DNA from: Neolewinella sp.
Lineage (GTDB): Bacteria; Bacteroidota; Bacteroidia; Chitinophagales; Saprospiraceae
Length of the DNA stretch: 64,000 nucleotides
Direction: 5' to 3'
Assembly (NCBI RefSeq): GCF_965214665.1
Contig: NZ_OZ243970.1
Span: 2,640,767-2,704,766, forward strand
The translations under genes and the position numbers were made by a program. Shown here in pieces: positions 17,301 through 24,261 of the stretch. The notes beneath the pieces are model-generated. The model did not search any database, was not told where the DNA came from, and saw only the letters and a program-made list of their open reading frames with translations. The first letter of the stretch is position 1, and each line of letters opens with the position of its first letter.

Positions 17301-17451
17301 TAGATCACATCGTTCGGTAGACGCCTATCGGCTGGTTAGACGGCTTCGCCTGGTTAGACGCTGACGCTGGTTAGACCGTCTAACAGCGGAGCGTCTAACC
17401 AGCTGATAGGCGTCTACTAAGCGAAGCGATCTAATCGCCGAAGGCGATCTA
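17301..17451. repeat. Composite palindromic intergenic repeat, copy 2 (same orientation as copy 1)
   Basis: Positions 17318-17378 match 16416-16475 with only three differences (two substitutions and a 1-nt indel). The right arm carries inverted units (TCTAACAGCGGAGCGTCTA, ACCAGCTGATAGGCGTCTA) and outer TAGATC/GATCTA units. The symmetry centre is near 17376. It sits in the divergent region between pirin and the NdpA-like gene. Confidence 0.8.
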
Positions 17452-17461
17452 CCTTTGCCGC

Positions 17462-18481
17462 ATGGATCAACTCATCGTGCACCACCTAATCGTCCACGAA
17501 CTAAAGAAGCAGCCGGAGCTGGCCGAGGCCGATCTGCTATTGAGTAGTCAGCCGCTGGCGATCACCGAGCAGGCAATCGACCTGATCGGGCGACTGGACC
17601 AGACGTTCGAGCGTAAATCCGACCTGCTACAGGGCTTTCTGGTGGCACCCGACGAGGGGCTCTTTCCTGCTTACTACCAGAACTGGCTGGAGGAGGGACG
17701 TAATCGACCGGGCTTCGTGACCTTTAGCCAGTCGGCGATGGATGTGCTAAAGGATAATTTGCAGGGGGTCACCGGGGCCAAGGGGGGCTACCTGCTCTTC
17801 GTCGACTATACGATGGAGGAGCAGCGCATGCTCGGTATCTACATGATCCGTAATACGGAGGGGATGGTCTTCGTGGACGACGAGGAGCAGGACGCGCTAC
17901 GGCTACAAACCACGGCCTACCTCGACATTCAGAACATGGCCATGGCCGCCCGCCTGCTGGCCGGTAAGGGACGTAACGTGCAGATGATCCGCCACGCGCG
18001 TACCCAGAGTAGTATCTCGCAGTACTTCACCGACTGGGTGGGCATCGACCGGGCGGAGACGAGCTCCGAGCTGACCTACAACTTTCTGGAGATGGTCGAG
18101 GAGCTGCCGGTGCCGAAGGACCGCGAAACGGGCTTCGCAATGAATGACGGCGACTTCGAAAAGGCCCTGGTAAAGTACGCGGCCAAGGCGCCGCAGCAGA
18201 CCATCCGGGTGGAGGACTTCGATGCCCACTTCTACGGCAACGACAAGCCGCTGCAGGAGATGCTAGCCGAGCAAAACAGCCCCATCGATCAGGGCTTCCG
18301 GGTGGACCGCAAGGCGTTGCGCAACCAGTTCTACCTGCGGGCCGGCGTGGGGGGTATTAGCATCACCTGTACGAAGGATCATTTCCGTAACGGGCAGGTC
18401 CACATCGACGAGGCGAGCGGCAAGATCACGATCAATAGCGAGGAGCTGGCCTCCCTACTACTGGACCAGTACGGCGAGTAG
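17462..18481 (+). CDS. ndpA: Nucleoid-associated protein, NdpA/YejK family
   Basis: The N-terminal IVHHLIVHELKK parallels YejK IALHQLIK. A central GGYLLFVDY...LGIYMIRN block, YLDI...AR, YFTDWVG and a C-terminal GGISI...G...ID....I.I layout track E. coli YejK along the full length (339 aa). Confidence 0.65.
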   Translation: MDQLIVHHLIVHELKKQPELAEADLLLSSQPLAITEQAIDLIGRLDQTFERKSDLLQGFLVAPDEGLFPAYYQNWLEEGRNRPGFVTFSQSAMDVLKDNLQGVTGAKGGYLLFVDYTMEEQRMLGIYMIRNTEGMVFVDDEEQDALRLQTTAYLDIQNMAMAARLLAGKGRNVQMIRHARTQSSISQYFTDWVGIDRAETSSELTYNFLEMVEELPVPKDRETGFAMNDGDFEKALVKYAAKAPQQTIRVEDFDAHFYGNDKPLQEMLAEQNSPIDQGFRVDRKALRNQFYLRAGVGGISITCTKDHFRNGQVHIDEASGKITINSEELASLLLDQYGE

Positions 18482-18565
18482 GCGGTAAATCGGGAGTAGG
18501 GCCGAACATCTTCCCGTAACACCTAGGTTATATAGGTACTAATCCACACACAAACAACTACCATC

Positions 18566-19156
18566 ATGGCCACCACCGACCAGAATCCAGAAACCCTGAC
18601 TACAACGACCGACAACCCTAACGGAGAGAACCTCCCTGCTACGACCAACGATGCCAACAAGGATGCTCAGGCCGACGCCATCATCAAGCGCTACGCGCTG
18701 TTTGGCACCGCTACGGCACTGATCCCCACCTTCGGGCTCGACGTAGCGGCGCTTACCGGTATACAGGTGAAGATGATCAAAGATCTGGCCAATGTGTACG
18801 AGTACGATGTCGACGATCAGATGATCCGTATGACGATCACGACTGGAGTCACCTCCCTAGCCGGCCGCCTGGTTACCGGCGTGCTTACCAGCATCACTAG
18901 GGCCTTCTCCCCCCTGAAATTTCTCATTGGCGGTGCCACCCAGGCTGCCCTTAGCGGCTTCATGACCGCCGAGGTCGGCAAGATCTACCAGGCCCGGCTA
19001 TCGAGCGGTCAGAACCCCTCGGACATTACCGTAAGTGAGATCGTTAACCACATCGTCTCCCAGGTACAGGAAGGTAAGTGGAACCCCACCAAGGTGGCGG
19101 GATGGCGCAATAATTTCAGCTACCTGCTGGATAGCGGCAGCAGCAACAAGGCCTAG
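18566..19156 (+). CDS. DUF697-like membrane-associated protein
   Basis: Disordered T/N-rich N-terminus followed by IIKRYALFGTATALIPTFGLDVAALTGIQVKMIKDLANVY, which resembles the DUF697 (YcjF-like) core. Recognition is weak. Confidence 0.4.
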   Translation: MATTDQNPETLTTTTDNPNGENLPATTNDANKDAQADAIIKRYALFGTATALIPTFGLDVAALTGIQVKMIKDLANVYEYDVDDQMIRMTITTGVTSLAGRLVTGVLTSITRAFSPLKFLIGGATQAALSGFMTAEVGKIYQARLSSGQNPSDITVSEIVNHIVSQVQEGKWNPTKVAGWRNNFSYLLDSGSSNKA

Positions 19157-19181
19157 CCAGCTAGGCTGCTTACAAAAGCAG

Positions 19182-19216
19182 AAAGCCCCGGTACGTCCAG
19201 CGTGCCGGGGCTTTTT
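19182..19216. terminator. Bidirectional terminator hairpin
   Basis: AAAGCCCCGGTACG, loop TCCAG, CGTGCCGGGGCTTT form a 14-bp stem with one G-U pair, followed by TT and preceded by A-rich sequence. It lies between the convergent stops at 19156 and 19238. Confidence 0.65.
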
Positions 19217-19237
19217 CGTGGGTGCGGACTGATTGCC

Positions 19238-19861
19238 CTAAAAATTGTAGTTGAAGCCCGTGCGGAACTCGTACGGCGAATCGTTCAGCCGGTCAGGCTG
19301 GGTGAGGCGGAACATCACCAGGATCTCGAAGCCGGCCGCGCCGGGGCCGCCACCCTGGCTCAGCCCCGCCCCCAAGAAGGGTACCGCCCGGGTAGCACGC
19401 AGCTCGTCAAGCTGCCCGTTGGTGACCCCGGTAATAACGACATCGCTCAGGAGGCTGTACTCCGCCTGTACGAAGAAGCCCCGGTAAATTTTCGCCCGGG
19501 TGAAGGCGCCTACCGACCAGGTCCAGTTACGGGAACTCAACTTACCTCCCCCCCCGGTATCGAAGCGGTAGGCATTGTACACGATACTTGCCCGGGGGCC
19601 TACACTGAGGAAGTTATTGAGCTTATAGCCTACGATGGGATTGATCCCGATCCTAAACTGGCTACTGAAGCTGCCCCCCCGGTACTGGAGCACGGCCCCG
19701 GCCCCGTACCAGATGTCGCCACCCTGCCGCAGGTCCTGTAGCTGCCGACCGCGATTGCCATAGCGAATATCGTCCCTCGCTGCATCCTCCCGCGTTTGGG
19801 CACTGGCGAAGGTGGATAAGCAGAGGCAGAGAAAGAGAAGAACGAAGACACGTAGGTTCAT
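19238..19861 (-). CDS. Outer membrane beta-barrel protein (porin family-like)
   Basis: Signal peptide MNLRVFVLLFLCLCLSTFASAQ, alternating aromatic/Gly-rich strands and a C-terminal ...GFNYNF ending in F. Confidence 0.6.
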   Translation of the reverse strand: MNLRVFVLLFLCLCLSTFASAQTREDAARDDIRYGNRGRQLQDLRQGGDIWYGAGAVLQYRGGSFSSQFRIGINPIVGYKLNNFLSVGPRASIVYNAYRFDTGGGGKLSSRNWTWSVGAFTRAKIYRGFFVQAEYSLLSDVVITGVTNGQLDELRATRAVPFLGAGLSQGGGPGAAGFEILVMFRLTQPDRLNDSPYEFRTGFNYNF

Positions 19862-19950
19862 AGCAGAAGGGGTACAAGAGTTCGGTAAAGATAACGGCGT
19901 AGGCGGGGCTTTCGGTCCATTTGTACGGGCGCGTCCTACCTTTCGGTCCT

Positions 19951-20319
19951 ATGACCGACCGTAAGAAGACGGGCAATCGGGGCGAGGCGTTGGCCCGCCG
20001 ACACCTCGAGGCACTGGGCTACGCCATCGAGACCACCAACTACCGCTACCGTCGCACCGAGATCGACCTGGTGGCCGCCTTCGAGAACAAGATCGTGTTT
20101 GTCGAGGTCAAGACGCGTACCTCCCTGGCCTACGGTCACCCCAGCACCTTCTTCAAACGACCACAGCAACGGCGCATCAGCCGCGCCGCTTCGATGTACA
20201 TGGAGCACACCAACTACGACTGGGAGATCCGCTTCGACCTGATCGCTATTCACCTGCGCTCCGCCGACGATTACACCCTGCACCATTACGAGGACGTTTT
20301 CTTCCCCGGTCTCCACTAG
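19951..20319 (+). CDS. yraN: YraN family (UPF0102) endonuclease-like protein
   Basis: GNRGEALARRHLEALGYAIETTNYRYRRTEIDLVA...VFVEVKTRT is the YraN signature. Start taken at the ATG at 19951 (MTDRKKTG). Confidence 0.8.
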   Translation: MTDRKKTGNRGEALARRHLEALGYAIETTNYRYRRTEIDLVAAFENKIVFVEVKTRTSLAYGHPSTFFKRPQQRRISRAASMYMEHTNYDWEIRFDLIAIHLRSADDYTLHHYEDVFFPGLH

Positions 20320-21668
20320 ATACCGCCCCGCCCCTTCAGCTCCAGGTACTTGGCGATCACGTTACCGGTGAGCTCCTCGGGGCGGGTCAGTACCACCTGC
20401 ACCCCGTTCTGCCGCAGCCGCGCGGCCATCAGTTCCCGCTCCTGCACGTAGCGGCGGGCGGTACTTTTGAGGTACACTTCCTCAATGTCGGCAGCCGGGG
20501 GCGTCAGCAGATCGGCGATCTCAGTGTTCTCGAAGAGCACTACCACCAGGGAGTGATTGCGACCGATGCGACGTAGGATAGGTAGCACTCGATCCAGCGC
20601 CGTGTTGCTCTCGAAGTTGGTAAACAGGATGAGCAGGCTCCGCGAGGGCAGAAAACGCCGCGTAGCGTAGTACAGCAGGTCGTAGTCGCTCTCCCCCTCC
20701 CGCTCCCGCTGCCGGTACAGCGTCTCCAGGATGCGGCGCAGCTGATCGGGCTTGCTATCGGCTGTAAGCACATCGCCGAGTTTATCGGAAAAGGTGATGA
20801 GTCCGGCCCGGTCATCGCGGCGCAGGATGACGTTGGACAGCGCCAGCGAGGCATTGATGGCGTAGTCGAGCAGGCTTAGTCCCCCGAAGGGCATCAGCAT
20901 CGTGCGGCCCTTATCGATGACGGAGTAGATGCGCTGCGCCCGCTCCACGGCGTACTTATTGACCATGAGCTCCCCCCGCCGCGCCGTCGCCTTCCAGTTC
21001 ACGCTGCGCAGATCGTCGCCGCGCACGTACTCCTTGATCTGGTCGAACTCGTAGCTCTTGGTCACCGGCCGGGGCCGGCGCTGCCCCCCCACCAGCACCG
21101 TCTCGTGGGCGCGTAGGGCGAACTGCTTCATCTGCACGATACTGGGATAAACGGCCACGTCCTGTATGTGGGCCACGACGAGCCGGCGCTCGGCCAGGGC
21201 GTAGCGGGTCTGAAGAAAGAGGTTCAGGTTACCAAAGGTGTACACGCCCCGGGTGGTTGGGCGTAGGCCGTACTCCAGCGCGAGCTTCTCGCCGGCCGCG
21301 ATCCGTACCGGAATGCGCTGGTCCCTGATCTGGAGTTGGTCCGGTAGCTCGTCAATCAGGGTGAGGCGAAGGTCCTGTGCACTAGCATTGTGCAGAAGTA
21401 CCTGCACCTGTAGCTCATCGCCGAGGGAGAAGACCTGCGGCGGCTTGCGCACCGCGCTCACGGACCGCGCGGAGGGGTAAAGCAGGTACGTATCGTAAAC
21501 CGTAAGCAGCAGCAGTATCGCCAACACGCCTACCCCCAGGTAGAATGCCCCGGCATACCAGAAGCCCATCGCCCCACACACCCCCGCTACGGCCAGGAGC
21601 ACAAAAAAGCGCGTCCCCAGGTAGAGATTACTTAAGTGAATCATAAAGGCGGGGTAGGGGGCAGGCAC
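20316..21668 (-). CDS. DUF58 domain-containing protein (MoxR/Bat-associated type)
   Basis: Two N-terminal TM helices and the motif YVRGDDLRSVNWKATARRGELMVNKY, followed by a vWA-like C-terminal half. An alternative start (MIHLSN) lies 24 nt downstream. Confidence 0.8.
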   Translation of the reverse strand: MPAPYPAFMIHLSNLYLGTRFFVLLAVAGVCGAMGFWYAGAFYLGVGVLAILLLLTVYDTYLLYPSARSVSAVRKPPQVFSLGDELQVQVLLHNASAQDLRLTLIDELPDQLQIRDQRIPVRIAAGEKLALEYGLRPTTRGVYTFGNLNLFLQTRYALAERRLVVAHIQDVAVYPSIVQMKQFALRAHETVLVGGQRRPRPVTKSYEFDQIKEYVRGDDLRSVNWKATARRGELMVNKYAVERAQRIYSVIDKGRTMLMPFGGLSLLDYAINASLALSNVILRRDDRAGLITFSDKLGDVLTADSKPDQLRRILETLYRQREREGESDYDLLYYATRRFLPSRSLLILFTNFESNTALDRVLPILRRIGRNHSLVVVLFENTEIADLLTPPAADIEEVYLKSTARRYVQERELMAARLRQNGVQVVLTRPEELTGNVIAKYLELKGRGGI

Positions 21669-21731
21669 GAACGGCCAAACTAAACTAAATTCGCCACACC
21701 CCGCGTTCCCTGGGTACCAACTACTACACCC

Positions 21732-22343
21732 GTGAAATTACCCGTCTTCCTCCTCCTGCTTGGGCTACTCAGCGGCTGTAGTTCGTTCCGCCCCGTGGGC
21801 ACTACGGTCCGCAATCCCTCCCGCGCACCGAGTACGCACACGAGGAGTACCGCGGCCACCCCCACCACCCGCGCCCGCACCCAGCGGCCCCGCCCGCCCC
21901 GCGCCGCTAGGCCCGTTCCCAGCCATAAAGAAACTGCCAGTGGCCCCACCGCCGTGGTCCGCAACAGCCTGGTCAGCAAGGCCGAAGCGTACCTCGGTAT
22001 CCGCTACAAGTACGGCGGCAATACGCCCAAGGAGGGCTTTGACTGCTCGGGGTTCGTGAAGTACCTGTACAATGCCGAGGGACTGAGCATACAGCGCGTG
22101 AGCCGTGACCAGGCTAAGGAAGGCCGCCCCATCGACCCCGCTACGGCCAAGGCCGGCGACCTCGTGTTCTTCCGTCGGGGGGCCAACCAGCCGGTGTTTC
22201 ACGTGTCGATGATCGTGGCGGCTGCCCCGGGGGAGCTCTGGGTGATCCACCCTACGAGTAGCCGGGGGGTGATCCGGGAGAATATCCTGGCCTCCTCGTA
22301 CTGGCGACCTAAGATTTATACGGTGAAGGATTTGATCCAGTAG
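21732..22343 (+). CDS. NlpC/P60 (C40) family peptidoglycan peptidase lipoprotein
   Basis: GTG start. Lipobox LLLGLLSGCSS, a Pro/Arg/Thr-rich linker, then GIRYKYGGNTPKEGFDCSGFVKYLY...HVSMIV (catalytic Cys/His). Confidence 0.85.
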   Translation: MKLPVFLLLLGLLSGCSSFRPVGTTVRNPSRAPSTHTRSTAATPTTRARTQRPRPPRAARPVPSHKETASGPTAVVRNSLVSKAEAYLGIRYKYGGNTPKEGFDCSGFVKYLYNAEGLSIQRVSRDQAKEGRPIDPATAKAGDLVFFRRGANQPVFHVSMIVAAAPGELWVIHPTSSRGVIRENILASSYWRPKIYTVKDLIQ

Positions 22344-22388
22344 CCGCGCAGCACAGGCTTACTCAAGCAAGTAGCAGATAAAAAACTA

Positions 22389-22458
22389 CCACAGAAGGCG
22401 CAGAGATACACAGAGATGTGTGATAGTATATCTCTGTGGCCCTCAGCGTCCTCTGTGG
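22389..22458. terminator. Nested imperfect hairpins between convergent genes; possible terminator
   Basis: CACAGAGAT (22409-22417) pairs with ATCTCTGTG (22430-22438). An outer CCACAGAAGG / CCTCTGTGG pairing and a tandem CAGAGATA-CACAGAGAT are also present. There is no clear U-tract. Confidence 0.3.
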
Positions 22459-22510
22459 TTCACCCCCAGCGCCGCTAGGCGCTCTACCCCAACGCAAAAC
22501 CACTCCGTGG

Positions 22511-23011
22511 TTACCCGCCGCCATTCCCAGTCTCAGTAGGCAGCACACTCTCCGTCCCATTAATCTGGCTCTTCGCATCGTAGCCCTGCCGGATCTCCCG
22601 CTGCCGCATCGGCATACTATCAATGAGCTCGAGCAGCACCGAGGCCGGGGTAACGGAGTTACGCGCCCGAAACTTCTCGTGGCCGTCCAGCCCCACCAGG
22701 ATCAGCTCCAGTTGGTAGGGCTCCACGCTGAAGCGGTCGTAGTAGTAGGTGGAGGCACTCTCGTCCAGGAAGATGCCCGTATTCTCGTGCTCCCCCTCGG
22801 GGGTGATGAGCAGGATCTTGACCATGCGCTCGTCGAGCTGCTGGGAGGCCTCGCGCAGCAGACCGTACTGCTCTACGAACAGCGGATCGTTGATGTCGGG
22901 AGTGAAGACCAGGATGAGCCGGGCCTTCCACTGGTAGTCATTGACGCTCTGGGCCGTAGCGGCGAGGGGGAGAAGCATAAGTAAGGTAGCGATGAATAGG
23001 GAGCGAGTCAT
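22511..23011 (-). CDS. DUF4174 domain-containing secreted protein
   Basis: Signal peptide, then YQWKARLILVFTP...LILVGLDGHEKFR...LLELIDSMPMRQREI, which carries the characteristic DUF4174 C-terminal IDxMPMRQxE motif. Confidence 0.75.
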   Translation of the reverse strand: MTRSLFIATLLMLLPLAATAQSVNDYQWKARLILVFTPDINDPLFVEQYGLLREASQQLDERMVKILLITPEGEHENTGIFLDESASTYYYDRFSVEPYQLELILVGLDGHEKFRARNSVTPASVLLELIDSMPMRQREIRQGYDAKSQINGTESVLPTETGNGGG

Positions 23012-23030
23012 ACTCCTGAAACACAGCCAC

Positions 23031-23651
23031 TTAGTCCGTTGTTCCGGCCAGGGCCGCCAGGAGGGCGCGGAAGGTCTCCGGCTCGCCGTACAGCGCGTCC
23101 TGGTAGGTCGTAGCCCGCAGGCGTAGGTTCCAGGGCACGTCGTCGCGTAGTTCTAGCTCTACGGTGATGTTGCCGAACTTCTGGTCCAGGCCTCCACGCT
23201 CCAGCGGGGCGGTCTTGCGCTGCTGGCGGGTACGGGGTTTGAGGTAGTGCCGCTCCTGGGTTTCGACCCAGTCGCGGCGGCTGAACACCCGGCGGTCGCT
23301 GATCTGGGTGCGGTAGTTCAGGGCCAGCACCCGCTCCTTGAGGTAGTGGAAGAAATGGTTGATCTCGTCGCGGCGGTACTGCGTCTCGCTGAAGTGCACG
23401 ACGAAGCCCTTGCTACTGGCCGTATCCAAAAAACTCACGGAGTGATCGTTCTGCCGTCCGGCCAGAAACTGGGCGTACTGCTCGGTGATCCAGTCGAAGA
23501 GCCGCTGCCGGGCCGCGGTGCGCTTCCACCGTTCGTAGGCGGCCAGCTCCTCGGCGTCGCGCTCGATCATCTCGTGCACGGCCGGGGCCTGGGGGGTACT
23601 CTGCTCGGCCGCGTCGAAGAGTGCCGTGATCTTATCCCAGAAACTAGCCAT
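23031..23651 (-). CDS. Hypothetical protein (206 aa), no family recognised
   Basis: Coding-like composition. It overlaps the upstream gene by 8 nt (23644-23651) and ends 19 nt before the DUF4174 gene. Confidence 0.5.
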   Translation of the reverse strand: MASFWDKITALFDAAEQSTPQAPAVHEMIERDAEELAAYERWKRTAARQRLFDWITEQYAQFLAGRQNDHSVSFLDTASSKGFVVHFSETQYRRDEINHFFHYLKERVLALNYRTQISDRRVFSRRDWVETQERHYLKPRTRQQRKTAPLERGGLDQKFGNITVELELRDDVPWNLRLRATTYQDALYGEPETFRALLAALAGTTD

Positions 23652-24159
23652 AGGGGGTGCGGTTGTAGCGGGTGACGGTACCGCGGTGGCGCTGTTCGCG
23701 CTCCTCGGTGTAGCCGAATTCGGCGTGGGGCAGCAGCCGGTTCAGCGTCTTGGTGACCAGTAGCAGCTGCTCCGGCCGCAGACCGAAATCGTGGGCCTCG
23801 CCGCGGTCGTCCACCAGGTAAAGCGTCGCGCTACGCATCAGGTTGAGGCCAAAGGGCATCCGCTCGGTGACCATACCGTACACCCATACGAAACGTTCGG
23901 GGTGCTCGCGCAGCTCTTGGCGCCAGGCCGCCGCGGGTTGCTCGCCCAGCAGTCGCACCAGCCAGTACACGCCCAGCGTAGCGGCCAGCGCGCCCAGGAA
24001 GGGGAAGACCGCCGAGTAGCGCAGGGTGAACAGACAGGTGGCCAGCCCGGCCACCACCAGGGCCACGGCCGTAAGCTGTTTGGCCCGGTGTTCCCGCTCC
24101 ATACTTTCCCAGAGGGGCACCAGCCCCGGGTGGCGCAGGATACGATCGTTCGACGGCAT
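23644..24159 (-). CDS. Hypothetical membrane protein (two TM helices plus a soluble C-terminal domain)
   Basis: TM pair LTAVALVVAGLATCLFTL / FPFLGALAATLGVYWLVRLL. Start taken at MPSNDR (24159); the ORF track extends to 24243. Confidence 0.5.
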   Translation of the reverse strand: MPSNDRILRHPGLVPLWESMEREHRAKQLTAVALVVAGLATCLFTLRYSAVFPFLGALAATLGVYWLVRLLGEQPAAAWRQELREHPERFVWVYGMVTERMPFGLNLMRSATLYLVDDRGEAHDFGLRPEQLLLVTKTLNRLLPHAEFGYTEEREQRHRGTVTRYNRTPYG

Positions 24160-24261
24160 ACCTGGTATAGGTCCGGAGCCGCAATCTGGTTTATCTCCCA
24201 CCCCCCTTTTTGTATCGTCGGGGCAAACATGCACTTGCCCCACTACGCTTAGGTACTAGGT

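Noticed and set aside
16416-17451. The TAGAC...CTGGT unit arrays considered as a CRISPR array, a tRNA/tmRNA fragment or an IS terminal inverted repeat pair
   Set aside because: The units are contiguous, with no spacers, and are partly inverted, so this is not a CRISPR array. There is no tRNA-like T-arm or acceptor pattern. The two copies are in direct orientation, and only pirin lies between them, with no transposase. I kept them as an unexplained repeat family instead.
20316-20319. The convergent yraN and DUF58 genes share a palindromic CTAG that provides both stop codons
   Set aside because: This is a real overlap, but it is most simply a consequence of genome compaction. There is no evidence of regulatory significance.
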